Shown in pieces: positions 1 to 10,328 of a DNA stretch of 64,000 nt (the first letter of the stretch is position 1; each line of letters starts with the position of its first letter). A model generated the notes under the pieces. It ran no database searches. It saw only the letters and a program-made list of their open reading frames with translations, and was not told the DNA's origin. The position numbers and the translations under genes are program-made. Origin of the DNA: a bacterium (lineage in GTDB: Bacteria > Zixibacteria > MSB-5A5 > GN15 > FEB-12); the NCBI GenBank assembly GCA_043811375.1, contig JBDRNJ010000072.1:64001-128000 (forward strand), given 5' to 3'.

Positions 1-940
1 CCCGACGATCGGAACGGATCTTCCTCAGATGCTGACGTCGACGGTCAAACATGGCGAGAAACTCCTGGTTCATTCCCACACCGTTTTCAAACTGCGCCAG
101 GTCCTCATAAGTTTTCCGTGGTGGAAAAGACCGGCCTGCCAGCAGATGAAATTCATCAGACGGCCAGACAAAGCGAGTACCCAGTTTCCGGTACAGTTCT
201 TTCTGACGTTCAAAAATGAAGTCCAGCACATCGGCCGCCTCAAATCGATTGAATATCCGCAGTTCCGGCAAACCGTTACGATAACGGGTCAGCCCCACCG
301 GCACTATCGCCAGCGTTTGGATTCCCGGATAGAGCGCCGACAAATCATCGACTGTCTGCTTCAGATAGCGCCCGTCATTTATACCCGGGCAGAGAACAAC
401 CTGGGTATGCAGAGTAATGCCGTTTTCGGTCAGACGCCGCAACAACGGCAGTATCGGCGGCAATTGGCGGTTACCCAACATCCGGCGGCGCAGCGTATCG
501 TCGGTAGTGTGCACCGAAACATAAAGAGGCGACAGGCGTTGTTCGATAATACGCGCCATGTCCGACTCAGTGAGATTACTGAGAGTAATGTAATTGCCGT
601 GAGTAAATGAGAGCCGGTAGTCCTCGTCCTTGACATAAAGACTGCGGCGCATCCCTTTCGGCTGCTGGTGAACAAAACAGAAGATACACTTGCAGCGACA
701 ACGCCTGACACGGTCGTCCTGAAAAGTCAATCCCAGCGACCCGGCCGAGGTTTCATCCAGCCGGTATTCCATCTCCCGGCCACTGCGGTCGGCAAACCGG
801 ATTTTGACCTGTTCATCGGCGGTACGAAAACGAAAGTCGATACTATCCAGCACCGGCCGGCCATTGACGGTCAGCACCCGGTAACCGGGGCGCACCTGTC
901 CCGTGAGGGGTGAATCGGGATCAACATGCGTAATCTTCAT
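1..940 (-). CDS. DUF512/TIGR03279-like putative radical SAM Fe-S oxidoreductase with N-terminal PDZ-like region (runs off the left edge)
   Basis: Not in the ORF track because there is no stop in the window. Manual translation from ATG 940 gives MKITHVDPDSPL...CRCKCIFCFVHQQPKGMRRSLYVKDEDYRLSFTHGNYITL...LSPLYVSVH...QVVLCPGINDG...IVPVGLT...QFENGVG. This has a CxxxCxxC motif plus DUF512-family motifs. Confidence 0.85.
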   Translation of the reverse strand, partial: MKITHVDPDSPLTGQVRPGYRVLTVNGRPVLDSIDFRFRTADEQVKIRFADRSGREMEYRLDETSAGSLGLTFQDDRVRRCRCKCIFCFVHQQPKGMRRSLYVKDEDYRLSFTHGNYITLSNLTESDMARIIEQRLSPLYVSVHTTDDTLRRRMLGNRQLPPILPLLRRLTENGITLHTQVVLCPGINDGRYLKQTVDDLSALYPGIQTLAIVPVGLTRYRNGLPELRIFNRFEAADVLDFIFERQKELYRKLGTRFVWPSDEFHLLAGRSFPPRKTYEDLAQFENGVGMNQEFLAMFDRRRQHLRKIRSDRR

Positions 941-1137
941 GGTCGGTTACAAAAAAAACTCCGACATATACAACCATCGTAACATTTGCACTGTGCGTCT
1001 TGACCCAACGTGGAGTCCACATGCCAGAATATAGACCCAGACTACGCTTGCTGTCAATTGCAATCCGCTGACCCCAAAACATGTGATTGACAATGGTAGC
1101 CAACTGACATTGATTAATCCGTAATAAGGAGGTATTT

Positions 1138-1974
1138 ATGAACCTGACCAAGAATGGAGTTCTTTGCGGAGTCATGGCAGTAGTTATGTCGGCGACAACC
1201 GGCACGGCTCAGGATACCGCGAATATTGATTCTTTCCCGGACATTGTTGCAGAAGTTCGTCGATCGGTCGCCCTTGTGAAAGTGAAAACTGATATCAAAA
1301 ACGTTTTCGCATTGGGTACGGCTTTCATCCTAAAGTACAAAGATGACAAAGCATACTTGGCAAGCGCGTATCACACTTTTTTCGAGCCTATCAAACATGA
1401 GGATACAGTTGTGATCTCCGATACATCGCGTGTCGAGATAATGTTTGATTCCGACAACTCGTTCCGACCCGCCCATGTTGTCTTTACACGCAAGTCCAAA
1501 GACATCGCACTTGTGACAGTAGATATACCTCTCGACTCCCTTCAACAGTTGGGTCTTCTTGCTCTTAGCCTTGGGAAAGTCAAGACAATCCGTGAAGGCG
1601 CAAGCGTGGCAAGTACCGGCTATAACTTCCTGCAAAGGACAGTGGATTTCGGCCAGTGGCGTTATTGGCCGACCACTTATAAAGGCATTATCAGTTCCGT
1701 AAGAGCTATTTCGCCGGAAGGTGAGCCACCGTTTATCGACCGATTCCAAGTTGATCTGCCCTTGAATCAAGGTGCGAGCGGTTCTCCGGTATATCTTACA
1801 TCCGACAAAACAGTGGTTGGCATGTTTAATAAGTTTGCGACACAAGAATCTGGTGATGCCACTGTCCCAGTAGGGCTCGCATATTGCATCCCATCTTGGG
1901 CTATTCACAACTGTCTCGCCGATTACCTCAAGGAGTTACAGAACTCTGACACAACGAGCACGAGTAAAGATTAA
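1138..1974 (+). CDS. Secreted trypsin-like (S1/HtrA-type, no PDZ) serine protease
   Basis: GGAGG RBS, signal peptide, and catalytic triad motifs SAYH, KDIAL and GASGSP. Confidence 0.8.
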   Translation: MNLTKNGVLCGVMAVVMSATTGTAQDTANIDSFPDIVAEVRRSVALVKVKTDIKNVFALGTAFILKYKDDKAYLASAYHTFFEPIKHEDTVVISDTSRVEIMFDSDNSFRPAHVVFTRKSKDIALVTVDIPLDSLQQLGLLALSLGKVKTIREGASVASTGYNFLQRTVDFGQWRYWPTTYKGIISSVRAISPEGEPPFIDRFQVDLPLNQGASGSPVYLTSDKTVVGMFNKFATQESGDATVPVGLAYCIPSWAIHNCLADYLKELQNSDTTSTSKD

Positions 1975-2001
1975 CTGTGTAAGCAGCTTGTAGTATGCGG
2001 T

Positions 2002-2154
2002 TCACGCTCTCAGGCTGTAGGCAGGGCTGTGCTGCACGTAGGTGTCCAGAATGTCCCGGTCGCCCAAGCGGACATACCGCTCCGGAACGACCAACGTGCT
2101 GTGGCCGAGAGCCTTCTGCAGCACAGGCAGTGATGCCGATTTGCTAGCCCACCG
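2002..2154 (-). pseudogene. Tyrosine recombinase/integrase C-terminal remnant
   Basis: Minus strand reads RWASKSASLPVLQKALGHSTLVVPERYVRLGDRDILDTYVQHSPAYSLRA*, i.e. the box II LQxxLGH...Y motif. No upstream integrase domains are visible. Confidence 0.7.
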
Positions 2155-2298
2155 AGAGCTTGATGAATCTACCTGGCACATGGGAAACGAGAAGATTCTT
2201 GACCATTCGAGGAGATTTCGGTATTTTTGAAATACTGAGAGATGTGAATAGTGTTTTTTGAACGTTTATATGGCAAATCTCGTACTAGGGAGTCACTG

Positions 2299-2712
2299 AT
2301 GTACAAAGAAGATCAAGATCTAACCGACGCACTTGTCGAACTCGGCTTGATAGTGGTTGTATTGGGAGTGGGATACATCGTCTTGAGAACCATCGATCGT
2401 TTTGAGAGAAAACAGCGGGCTTCTGTAGAGGACTTGCACGAATTAAAGGCACTGTCAGATCAGGAGCGCGCATCCGAAGAGCCGAACAATGAACTGCGGG
2501 GTGCGTCCGAAGAACCAGACGACGAACTCAGTAGGTGTATCGCGGCCGAAGCTGAAGGAAAAGACGTCTGCTGGGATTGTTATACGATAGAACCCGTACG
2601 CTGTGAAAACTCGGGCTGCGCTGATGTATATACAGGCAAAAGTATTTGCTTCCACTGTCCCGACAATGATTATAGCCCCACGTGGGGGCCTTATTGCAAC
2701 ACCTGCGTTTAG
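2299..2712 (+). CDS. Hypothetical membrane-anchored protein with Cys-rich C-terminus
   Basis: GGGAG RBS before ATG 2299, one TM segment (LGLIVVVLGVGYIVL), a duplicated ASEEPxxEL, and several CxxC pairs. Confidence 0.55.
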   Translation: MYKEDQDLTDALVELGLIVVVLGVGYIVLRTIDRFERKQRASVEDLHELKALSDQERASEEPNNELRGASEEPDDELSRCIAAEAEGKDVCWDCYTIEPVRCENSGCADVYTGKSICFHCPDNDYSPTWGPYCNTCV

Positions 2713-2747
2713 TGTAGGCTAGTTATTAATATGGGCGCACCGCTTCA

Positions 2748-2834
2748 TCACACGCTCAGGCTGTTGGCTGGGCTGAATCTATCGTAGCTCCGCACCATGT
2801 CCTCGGTCAGCAGGTGAGTATAGAGCACAGTCAT
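2748..2834 (-). pseudogene. Second integrase C-terminal remnant
   Basis: Reads MTVLYTHLLTEDMVRSYDRFSPANSLSV* (TxxYTH catalytic-Tyr motif). The DNA aligns without gaps to 2002-2085 and lies directly downstream of the tRNA. Confidence 0.6.
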
Positions 2835-2871
2835 TCTATTAGTGTTTTTCCCCGAGAAGACTTGGTCTTAT

Positions 2872-2943
2872 AGCGGGCGAGGAGGGTCGAACTCCCGACG
2901 TCAAGCTTGGGAAGCTTGCATTCTACCACTGAATTACGCCCGC
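2872..2943 (-). tRNA. tRNA-Gly (anticodon CCC)
   Basis: GCGGGCGTAATTCAGTGGTAGAATGCAAGCTTCCCAAGCTTGACGTCGGGAGTTCGACCCTCCTCGCCCGCT folds as a full cloverleaf with a GTTCGA T-loop and U discriminator. CCA is not encoded. Confidence 0.96.
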
Positions 2944-3141
2944 CGGTTCCAAATGTCGCAAGTAATCTATATGGCAGCCAGCCGGTTGTCAACGCCTTCA
3001 TGGTCTGATTAACCCGGTTGATATTTTGTTTGATTCGAATGATCGAAGCTCTCATTTTAGTAGTGTTAGTGTGTGATCGTCCCGGTCGGTAACGGACGGA
3101 TTGGAAGCACCGGACATATAATAGTCGGAGGATAACCAACA

Positions 3142-4593
3142 GTGCCGCAGAAGGAAAACCGCAAAGTCGAGCCCAAACGGTATCGAGTGTCCGGGCTGAC
3201 GTGTGTATTGGCGGCTTTTGTCCTCTCCCGCGTGGTCTATTTCGCCCTCGGGATTCGTTTCGACCTGCGGCCGCTGGACTACTTCTGGCAGTATGTTGAT
3301 CCGGAGTTGTTGCGCACCAACCTGCTGCAGAGCCTGTACTATCTCCACAGCCAGCCGCCGCTGTTTAACCTGTTTCTGGGAACGGTCCTGAAACTGTTCC
3401 CCGGTTCCGAGACGCTCGCTTTTCACATCACGTTTTTGGCCTGCGGCCTGGTTCTGGCGGTTTCTCTGTACCTGCTGATGGCGCGCCTGGGGGTGTCGGA
3501 AAGACTCAGCGCTATCCTGACGATCCTGTTAATCGCCGGTCCCTCCGCTATCCTGTATGAGAACTTCCTGTTCTATACTTACCCGGTCGCAGCCATGCTC
3601 TGCCTGTCGGCGCTGGCGCTGCTGCACTATGTCAGAACGGAGCGGTTTCGCAGCCTGGTGTTTTTTTTCGTCCTGCTGGCGGCACTGGTACTGACGCGAT
3701 CAGCCTTCCACCTGGTGTGGTATGTCATTATGGTTCTGGCGCTGACCTGGTGCCTGCGAAAACAGTGGCGGCGTGTGCTGCTGGCGGCGAGCGTGCCGTT
3801 CCTATTTTGCCTGCTTCTGTACGCCAAGAACGTTCACGAGTTCGGCAGCTTCAGCAGTAGCAGTTGGTTCGGGATGAACTTTGCCCGAATGACAACCTGG
3901 GAGCTGACGGTTGCCGAGCGCATGCGCCTGATTGAGCGCAGGGAGTTGTCGCCACTGTCTCTGGCTAAACCGTTTCGCGACCTGGAAACATACCAGCGTC
4001 ACTCCCAATTTCCCCTGGCCGAACCGACGGGCATTCCGGTGCTGGATCAGAAGCAGAAATCATCGGGGGCGCCCAATCTGAACAACCTCACCTATGTCAG
4101 GTTGTCGCGAGAATACCGCCGGGACGCAATGTACGTACTGACCAACTACCCGGGCACGTACCTGATGAGCCTGTTGAAGTCTTTAGCCACCTACTTTATT
4201 CCCATCAGTTCGTATCCGTTCGTCAGCGACAACCGGGAGCAGATAAGTTACCTGGATCGGGCCTGTAATCTTGTTCTTTGCGGTCAGTTACGGTACGAGG
4301 ACGAAGTAACCGACATCCGGTCCTGGCAAAACACCGGCTGGCTCACAGCGCTGGCGTATTTAGTGGTGATAATATACGGGTTTCTATTGCTCCGGCAGGC
4401 TTACCGGCAACGGCGGCTGGATACTCCATCGGCTGTCGTGCTCTTGTTTATCTGGTTAAATGTGGTCTACATTACGGTGGCGGGAAACGCTTTTGAACTG
4501 GGTGAAAACAACCGTTTTCGCCTGGTGGTGGAACCGCTGTTTTTCACTCTGCTGGGTCTGGCCCTGAAGAACCGTTTCCGCCGACCGACCTGA
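3142..4593 (+). CDS. Polytopic membrane protein, possibly a GT-C (ArnT/PMT-like) glycosyltransferase
   Basis: About 10-11 hydrophobic helices, a 'HSQPPLF' loop motif and a C-terminal 'NNRFR' motif. Confidence 0.55.
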   Translation: MPQKENRKVEPKRYRVSGLTCVLAAFVLSRVVYFALGIRFDLRPLDYFWQYVDPELLRTNLLQSLYYLHSQPPLFNLFLGTVLKLFPGSETLAFHITFLACGLVLAVSLYLLMARLGVSERLSAILTILLIAGPSAILYENFLFYTYPVAAMLCLSALALLHYVRTERFRSLVFFFVLLAALVLTRSAFHLVWYVIMVLALTWCLRKQWRRVLLAASVPFLFCLLLYAKNVHEFGSFSSSSWFGMNFARMTTWELTVAERMRLIERRELSPLSLAKPFRDLETYQRHSQFPLAEPTGIPVLDQKQKSSGAPNLNNLTYVRLSREYRRDAMYVLTNYPGTYLMSLLKSLATYFIPISSYPFVSDNREQISYLDRACNLVLCGQLRYEDEVTDIRSWQNTGWLTALAYLVVIIYGFLLLRQAYRQRRLDTPSAVVLLFIWLNVVYITVAGNAFELGENNRFRLVVEPLFFTLLGLALKNRFRRPT

Positions 4594-4610
4594 TGAGACA
4601 GCCGTCGTGA

Positions 4611-5348
4611 TTACTTCCTCTTGCCCGAAATCCTTACAATAATGATTGAAATCTCATACAGCAGGTATAACGGCCCGGCTAACATTAGCTGGGTGGCGAT
4701 ATCGGGTGTCGGCGTCAGGATGGCGGCGGCGATCAGAATAAGCACCACCGCGTAACGCCGCCCCTTGCCTAACATGCGCGAGGAAACGAGACCCACCTTG
4801 CCGAGGAAATAGGCCACTACCGGCATTTCAAAACCGACACCGAAAGCCAGCAGCAACATCCCGGCGAACGACAGGTAGCTGCTGACGGTGATTATGGGGT
4901 TGAGCAGTTCACCGGAGAAACCGATCAGGAAATTCAGTGAGTACGGCAGCACCACCAGGTAGCAGAACGAAGCACCCAGCAAAAACAGGACCGTCGACAC
5001 CGCCACCAGCGGCAGGACACGGGCTTTTTCCTTCGGGTAAAGCCCCGGCGCCACAAAAGACCACAGATGATAAAAGATTACCGGTGTCGCCGCCATAACT
5101 CCCGCCACCAGCGAGACTTTCAGGTAGGCATAGAAGGAACCGGTCACCTGTGTTACATGGAGCTTGATCTCGCCCAGCGGTTTGACGGCAAAAGCCATCA
5201 ACTCATCTGAGAAATAGAAGGCTACGGCAGTAGTCAAAAGCAGCGCCAGCAGCGATTTCAGCAGTCGCCGACGCAACTCCTCGAGATGATCGAGAAAGGG
5301 CATCGAACCGGACCATGAGGATTCGTATTTTTCTTTTTCTTCAGTCAT
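4611..5348 (-). CDS. tatC: Twin-arginine translocase subunit TatC
   Basis: Motifs MPFLDHLEELRRRL, FVAPGLYPKEK, FEMPV and TPTPD. Confidence 0.96.
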   Translation of the reverse strand: MTEEKEKYESSWSGSMPFLDHLEELRRRLLKSLLALLLTTAVAFYFSDELMAFAVKPLGEIKLHVTQVTGSFYAYLKVSLVAGVMAATPVIFYHLWSFVAPGLYPKEKARVLPLVAVSTVLFLLGASFCYLVVLPYSLNFLIGFSGELLNPIITVSSYLSFAGMLLLAFGVGFEMPVVAYFLGKVGLVSSRMLGKGRRYAVVLILIAAAILTPTPDIATQLMLAGPLYLLYEISIIIVRISGKRK

Positions 5349-5534
5349 AGTATGAAACGGTCATCTTCGACAACGACGAACAATGTGGGAATGATCGGCA
5401 GATATGTCAATCAGTTTTGGCCACAAGTGGCGTTATTTACGCTATGTCAGGAATCCTTTCCTGACCGCACTAAATGTAGCCACCACGAAAGGATTCGTGA
5501 TGGCATAAAACAGCCGAAGGCTGCCACCAACCCC

Positions 5535-7955
5535 TCAGAAACCGCCACCCATCGTGATAGAAAAATGCTCCGTATCGTAAGCCGATGATTGCCAGGTGAA
5601 GTACAGCTTGAAATCGAGCGGTGTTATCCGGCCGAATCCGAACCCCAGTTCAGTGTACGGTGTGCGGGCACGGCGGACATGGCTGTCAGACGGCTGCGGC
5701 CACAGGCCATGAAAGTCAGTCCAGAAAGCTCCGCCAAAGATTCTGACAGTAAATGGAAACTTCTCCAGCAGTGGCAGGCCACTCTTGCGAAAGAGGATGC
5801 GCCTGAAGTCATGAACACCATACAGCACCAGGGCACGGCTGCCGTAGAAGTTCTTTTCTCCCAGTGTCTTGAACGAGATAGCCCGGTCCAGCAGGCGTGC
5901 CCCAAAATCAACGGTGAAATACTTCTGCGGCGGCAGGGACTTGTCCGAGGCGCCGGCATAGACAAACAACGAAGTCACACCCAGTCCGAAAGTCCGGCGG
6001 CGGTGGTGCAGCCGGGCATAGTAGCGGACGAAATCAAAATCATTGTCATAGAAGTAAGCCGATGACAATTCAGCACCTACCGAGATGAGCGTATACTGGG
6101 AAACCCCGAACTTTCTCTCGCGACCCTTGTACTTCCACAACTTGCGCGAATCATAGGAGAAACTCGCTGCAACAGATCGCATTTTCCCTTCCCGAATCGC
6201 CGGGTTCGGGCGGTGCTTCTTGGTTCGGCGAAACATGCCGTATTCGGTGGCGTTGGACAGGCTGTACTGGTTGACATCGTGGTAGGCGGCTTGAAGTCTG
6301 GTTTGCTTGAATACTCGCGTGGACATTCGGAGCTGAAAACCTTTTTCCAGGTGGTAATCAAAGGGGTCGGTTTTATTGGTGATGGCCGTCAGGGTGACGT
6401 TATCCCCGGTATCGGATATAATGGTGGAACGTCGGCGCATTTCGTCATGGTATCCGCCCCCCAACCGCAGATTCATCTGTTCCGAAAGAGCATAGTCAAA
6501 CCCGTAGCGATGTTGCCAGCGCTTGGCAGAGAAGGCATATCCTGTCCTGGCGTGGAGTTCCGTCCGGGGAACCAGGCGGTCGAACGTGAAACTGTTACCT
6601 AAGTAAGTACCCTCGACCCGGTTGAAGTGGAAAATGTCGGACCTGAAAAGGGCGATACCCAGTCCGCCTACTGCCGTGCGCAGCAGACGGCGTGGCAGCG
6701 AGCGGGGCGCCTGGGCGACGGAGTCGAGTCGGTAATAACCTCTGTTTTCTTCGGGAGTCAGCGGTATCAATTGTCCGGCGTTCCAGGCTATCGAGTCAAC
6801 GTCGTCGGCGTCCTCGGCTACTTCAATCCAGTACTCATCAAACGTCCCATTGGGATGAGTCAGGTTGAACGAGAAATCATGAAGGGCGGCAACGTAGTCA
6901 AGGGACATGATGGGAATGCCCGGCAGACCTATCTCCACCAGGCCGTCATAGCGGATTTCTATCGGCACCCAGTATTCGTTCTCAAAGCAGGCATAATTCT
7001 CCCGGTAACGCACGTCCCGCAGATATGGCACGTCAAAGCCCTCGTTGACCCCGACATCGACTCCAACCACAACAAAGGTGGAATCGACAATGTCGATAGT
7101 GCCGACGAACAAAGGTTCGCTGGAGGATTTTGGCTCAATTTCCAGTCGAAAGACCTGCCAGTTGTCGATGTAGACGGTGTCCAGCAGGTAGTACTGATAG
7201 TGATCCAGGGCATCGTGCGCGGTCGGCGACACGACTGAATAGTCGGCAATGTCCAGTCGATCCTGGTTAAAATTGGTCAGCTCGCCGAGGGCCATCAGTA
7301 CGTTATCCTCGTTCAGATTGGACGAAATCCGGCGCGCTCTTACAATCTCCTTGTACTTGTGCGGGTACTCCCAACTTGAGGACAACTGGCTTTCGATAAT
7401 GAGCATGATGTTGCTGGAGTCGTCTTTGGCGGTGTCGCGCAAGACAAGTTTGCTGTAGGCCTCGAACTGGTAGGCGTGTATCATGGAGAGTATCTCGTCC
7501 TTGCGTGCGATTGCCTCGACGATTATCCGCTGCGCCGGATCATAAGCCCGCTGATAGACCTTTATCCCCGGCAGCATGACGGGAGCCGGCTGCAGGCGGA
7601 CGTCGGCGGTCAGCGCCGAGTCACCAACGGTCAGCGTCAGCCGCTGTGAGTAGTAGGCAACGTGAGTGAATTTCAACTCATAGACGCCGGACGGCAGTGT
7701 CAGTCGATACTGACCGTCGTTGTTGGCCAGCATGGAGCGCCCGGTTCCCTCAACCCGCACCGTCACCGACGGCACCGGTTGGCTGGTTTTCTCGTCGTAG
7801 GCTGTTCCCGTGATAACGGCCGCGTTTACCCCGGCCGAGCAGAAAAACAGTACCGTCAGTGCGATAACAAGCACCAGCAACCAGGAACTGCTCGCCGAAC
7901 TAGATTGCCTGTTCAACATTGTCATAAGCATAACCTTACGATAGACCATATTCAT
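5535..7955 (-). CDS. Outer-membrane protein with carboxypeptidase-regulatory-like N-terminal domain (DUF5686-like)
   Basis: Signal peptide, ITGTAYDEKTSQPVPSVTV...DGQY domain, FNRVEG motif, beta-strand-rich C-terminus ending in F. Exact start uncertain. Confidence 0.7.
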   Translation of the reverse strand: MNMVYRKVMLMTMLNRQSSSASSSWLLVLVIALTVLFFCSAGVNAAVITGTAYDEKTSQPVPSVTVRVEGTGRSMLANNDGQYRLTLPSGVYELKFTHVAYYSQRLTLTVGDSALTADVRLQPAPVMLPGIKVYQRAYDPAQRIIVEAIARKDEILSMIHAYQFEAYSKLVLRDTAKDDSSNIMLIIESQLSSSWEYPHKYKEIVRARRISSNLNEDNVLMALGELTNFNQDRLDIADYSVVSPTAHDALDHYQYYLLDTVYIDNWQVFRLEIEPKSSSEPLFVGTIDIVDSTFVVVGVDVGVNEGFDVPYLRDVRYRENYACFENEYWVPIEIRYDGLVEIGLPGIPIMSLDYVAALHDFSFNLTHPNGTFDEYWIEVAEDADDVDSIAWNAGQLIPLTPEENRGYYRLDSVAQAPRSLPRRLLRTAVGGLGIALFRSDIFHFNRVEGTYLGNSFTFDRLVPRTELHARTGYAFSAKRWQHRYGFDYALSEQMNLRLGGGYHDEMRRRSTIISDTGDNVTLTAITNKTDPFDYHLEKGFQLRMSTRVFKQTRLQAAYHDVNQYSLSNATEYGMFRRTKKHRPNPAIREGKMRSVAASFSYDSRKLWKYKGRERKFGVSQYTLISVGAELSSAYFYDNDFDFVRYYARLHHRRRTFGLGVTSLFVYAGASDKSLPPQKYFTVDFGARLLDRAISFKTLGEKNFYGSRALVLYGVHDFRRILFRKSGLPLLEKFPFTVRIFGGAFWTDFHGLWPQPSDSHVRRARTPYTELGFGFGRITPLDFKLYFTWQSSAYDTEHFSITMGGGF

Positions 7956-8130
7956 ATGTTATGGCAAAGTCAATCCCCAGGTTGAAATGCCGGTCAACCC
8001 TTTCCGAATTTCGTTGTCACCGCAACCGAGCGGCCAATGTCTAACCACTTGAACTCGCCGGCTGATACCGTATATTGTTTAAAGTGGAAAAGAGCGCCGT
8101 CATGCCGTCGTCCCGACAGGTAGTCTGCTG

Positions 8131-8916
8131 ATGCCAAAGGCAGCCCAACATAAGACTAATCGGGATATGGACAAACCATCCGAGGACGACCTTCACCAGT
8201 CGCCATCGCGGGAGTCGGTCGGAGCCATGTTTGACCGTATTGCCCCCCGCTACGACTTTCTGAACCGACTGCTGTCGCTAAGGCGAGACGTCGCCTGGCG
8301 CCGACGTGTAGCCGACTTCCTGCCCGAACATTCCGGACAGTCGGTATTGGACATAGCCACCGGCACGGGAGACCTGCTGCTCTCGCTGTTTGATTCCAGC
8401 GACCGGATCAGTGCCGCCATAGGAGTCGACCTGGCTCCCACGATGCTGGAACTGGGGCGCCGGAAGGTAGCTGAGCATCAACTGGACGACAGGGTCCTGC
8501 TGGTGCGGGCCGATGCCCTCCGGTTGCCTTTTGCCGACCGGAGCTTTGATGCCGTCACCATTGCTTTCGGCATCAGGAATATGACCGATGTTCCGCAGGC
8601 ACTGACCGAGATGCATCGCGTCCTGAAACCGGGCGGCAAGGTGCTGATCCTGGAGTTTTCCATGCCTGTCAACCCGCTCGTACGCCGCCTCTACCCGCTT
8701 CATCTGCGCGGGCTGCTGCCACTGGTGGGAGCCATGATCTCCGGCGACAGCTACGCCTACCGGTATCTGAATCGGACAGTCGAGACTTTCCCGTATGGGG
8801 AGCGGTTTTGCACTCTGATGCGAGAGGCCGGTTTCACGCAGGTAGCGGCCGTATCGCTGACTTTCGGTATCGCCACTATCTACCACGGCTGCAAACCGCG
8901 TGAGGACGGAGAATGA
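8131..8916 (+). CDS. menG: Demethylmenaquinone methyltransferase
   Basis: Motifs MFDRIAPRYDFLNRLLS, LDIATGTGD, AFGIRN and AYRYL. The start may instead be 8167. Confidence 0.92.
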   Translation: MPKAAQHKTNRDMDKPSEDDLHQSPSRESVGAMFDRIAPRYDFLNRLLSLRRDVAWRRRVADFLPEHSGQSVLDIATGTGDLLLSLFDSSDRISAAIGVDLAPTMLELGRRKVAEHQLDDRVLLVRADALRLPFADRSFDAVTIAFGIRNMTDVPQALTEMHRVLKPGGKVLILEFSMPVNPLVRRLYPLHLRGLLPLVGAMISGDSYAYRYLNRTVETFPYGERFCTLMREAGFTQVAAVSLTFGIATIYHGCKPREDGE

Positions 8917-10328
8917 CCACCATCCTCACAGACGATACCGTGCTTAACCTCGATCAGGCGCGGGACCTGATGGCTGCCCGCATCAGGGAAGCCTATTCAT
9001 CTTCGTCACCGACCGGAACCGGTCCTGATTTCACCAGGCTGGAAGTCGCGGTGGCGGTAATCGACCCTCTGATCTGGCTCCAATCGCAACAGTCTCCGGT
9101 CAAGACCTATTGGTACAGCAGAGACGGGGAGTTTGAAATGGCCGGTATCGGCAGCGCTGATATTGTGACAGGCGGTGCCGACGACGACTGGTCGCGTGTG
9201 CTGACACGATTGAACGCCCGGCTGACTGAAAGCGACAATAAACTGCGTTATTTCGGCGGCCGTCGGTTCGATGGAGACGACTGCCCGGCCGACAGCCCCT
9301 GGGTCGGTTTTGGCAGCTATCGCTTTATTCTGCCGCAAGTGGAACTTCTGCGTCGATCCGACAAAACAGTGCTGGCATGTAATCTGGCACCATTAGAAAA
9401 CGACTTCGCCGCCAACGGGCTGTTGGAAGAACTGCGCGTTATGGTCCCGCCGGTAGTGATTCCTGACGGAATCCTTCCGGAAGTGCTGCACCGATCCGAT
9501 TGCCCTTCCCGACAGGAGTGGCTGGCCAGGGTCAGGTCTGTTTGCGAGTCATTCGGCAGTACCGAAATGCAAAAACTGGTGCTGGCCCGGCAGACATCGC
9601 TGGTTCTGTCCGATCCGCCCGACCCGACGGGATTACTGCGACGGCTGGCATCGACCGGCTCCGGTTGTTTTCGTTTTTGCTTTCAGATAGAACAGCATTC
9701 CGCCCTGATAGGCGCTTCTCCGGAATTACTCTATCGGCGTCAGGAGCAGCGGGTCCGCAGTGAAGCCATGGCCGGCACCCGACCTCGGGGCAATTCGTTA
9801 AACGAAGATCGGGCGCTTGAGCGACAACTACTCACATCGCCCAAAGAACTCGCCGAACAGCAGTTTGTCGCAGGCCACGTCAGGGAGACGCTTCAGCAAT
9901 TAGCTGCTGAAGATGTACGCGAACACGGTCCGGAAGTACTTAAACTGTCAACGGTGCAACATTTGGTAACACGGTTTGAAAGTAGCCTGGCGGCCGGCAT
10001 TACCGACGATGATCTCCTCTCCGCCCTGCCGCCGACTCCCGCCGTGGGAGGCTGGCCAATCGAACCCGCCCTGAAGGAGATCAGTCGATTTGAACTGTTT
10101 GACCGGGGTTGGTATGCCGGACCGGTCGGCTGGATCAGCGACCGGGAATCCGAGTTCGCGGTAGCTATACGCTCCGGCCTGGTGGCGGGCGAAAAGATTC
10201 ACCTGTACACCGGAGCCGGAATTGTCCCCGGCTCCACTCCGGAAAGCGAATGGCAGGAACTTCAAAGCAAACTGGCCGGTTTCACCGGGATTTGGACAGA
10301 GGTATGTTCACCAGGTTTGTCAGTCTGA
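8913..10328 (+). CDS. menF: Isochorismate synthase
   Basis: Motifs KLVLAR, GASPELL, EAMAGT, PTPAVGG, RGWYAGPVG, FAVAIRS and GAGIV. Confidence 0.92.
   Translation: MTTILTDDTVLNLDQARDLMAARIREAYSSSSPTGTGPDFTRLEVAVAVIDPLIWLQSQQSPVKTYWYSRDGEFEMAGIGSADIVTGGADDDWSRVLTRLNARLTESDNKLRYFGGRRFDGDDCPADSPWVGFGSYRFILPQVELLRRSDKTVLACNLAPLENDFAANGLLEELRVMVPPVVIPDGILPEVLHRSDCPSRQEWLARVRSVCESFGSTEMQKLVLARQTSLVLSDPPDPTGLLRRLASTGSGCFRFCFQIEQHSALIGASPELLYRRQEQRVRSEAMAGTRPRGNSLNEDRALERQLLTSPKELAEQQFVAGHVRETLQQLAAEDVREHGPEVLKLSTVQHLVTRFESSLAAGITDDDLLSALPPTPAVGGWPIEPALKEISRFELFDRGWYAGPVGWISDRESEFAVAIRSGLVAGEKIHLYTGAGIVPGSTPESEWQELQSKLAGFTGIWTEVCSPGLSV

Noticed and set aside
29..913. Plus-strand ORFs 29-610 and 668-913
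   Set aside because: They are antisense shadows of the DUF512-like gene on the minus strand.
940..1137. att repeat of the tRNA-Gly 3' end bounding the island
   Set aside because: No match to the tRNA 3' sequence was found by eye.
2831..3139. 102-aa minus-strand ORF
   Set aside because: It reads through the tRNA-Gly gene and shows no protein features.
10109..10303. N-terminal extension of MenD suggesting a menF-menD fusion
   Set aside because: It is an alternative frame overlapping menF. MenD similarity begins at ATG 10304 and menF has its own stop.
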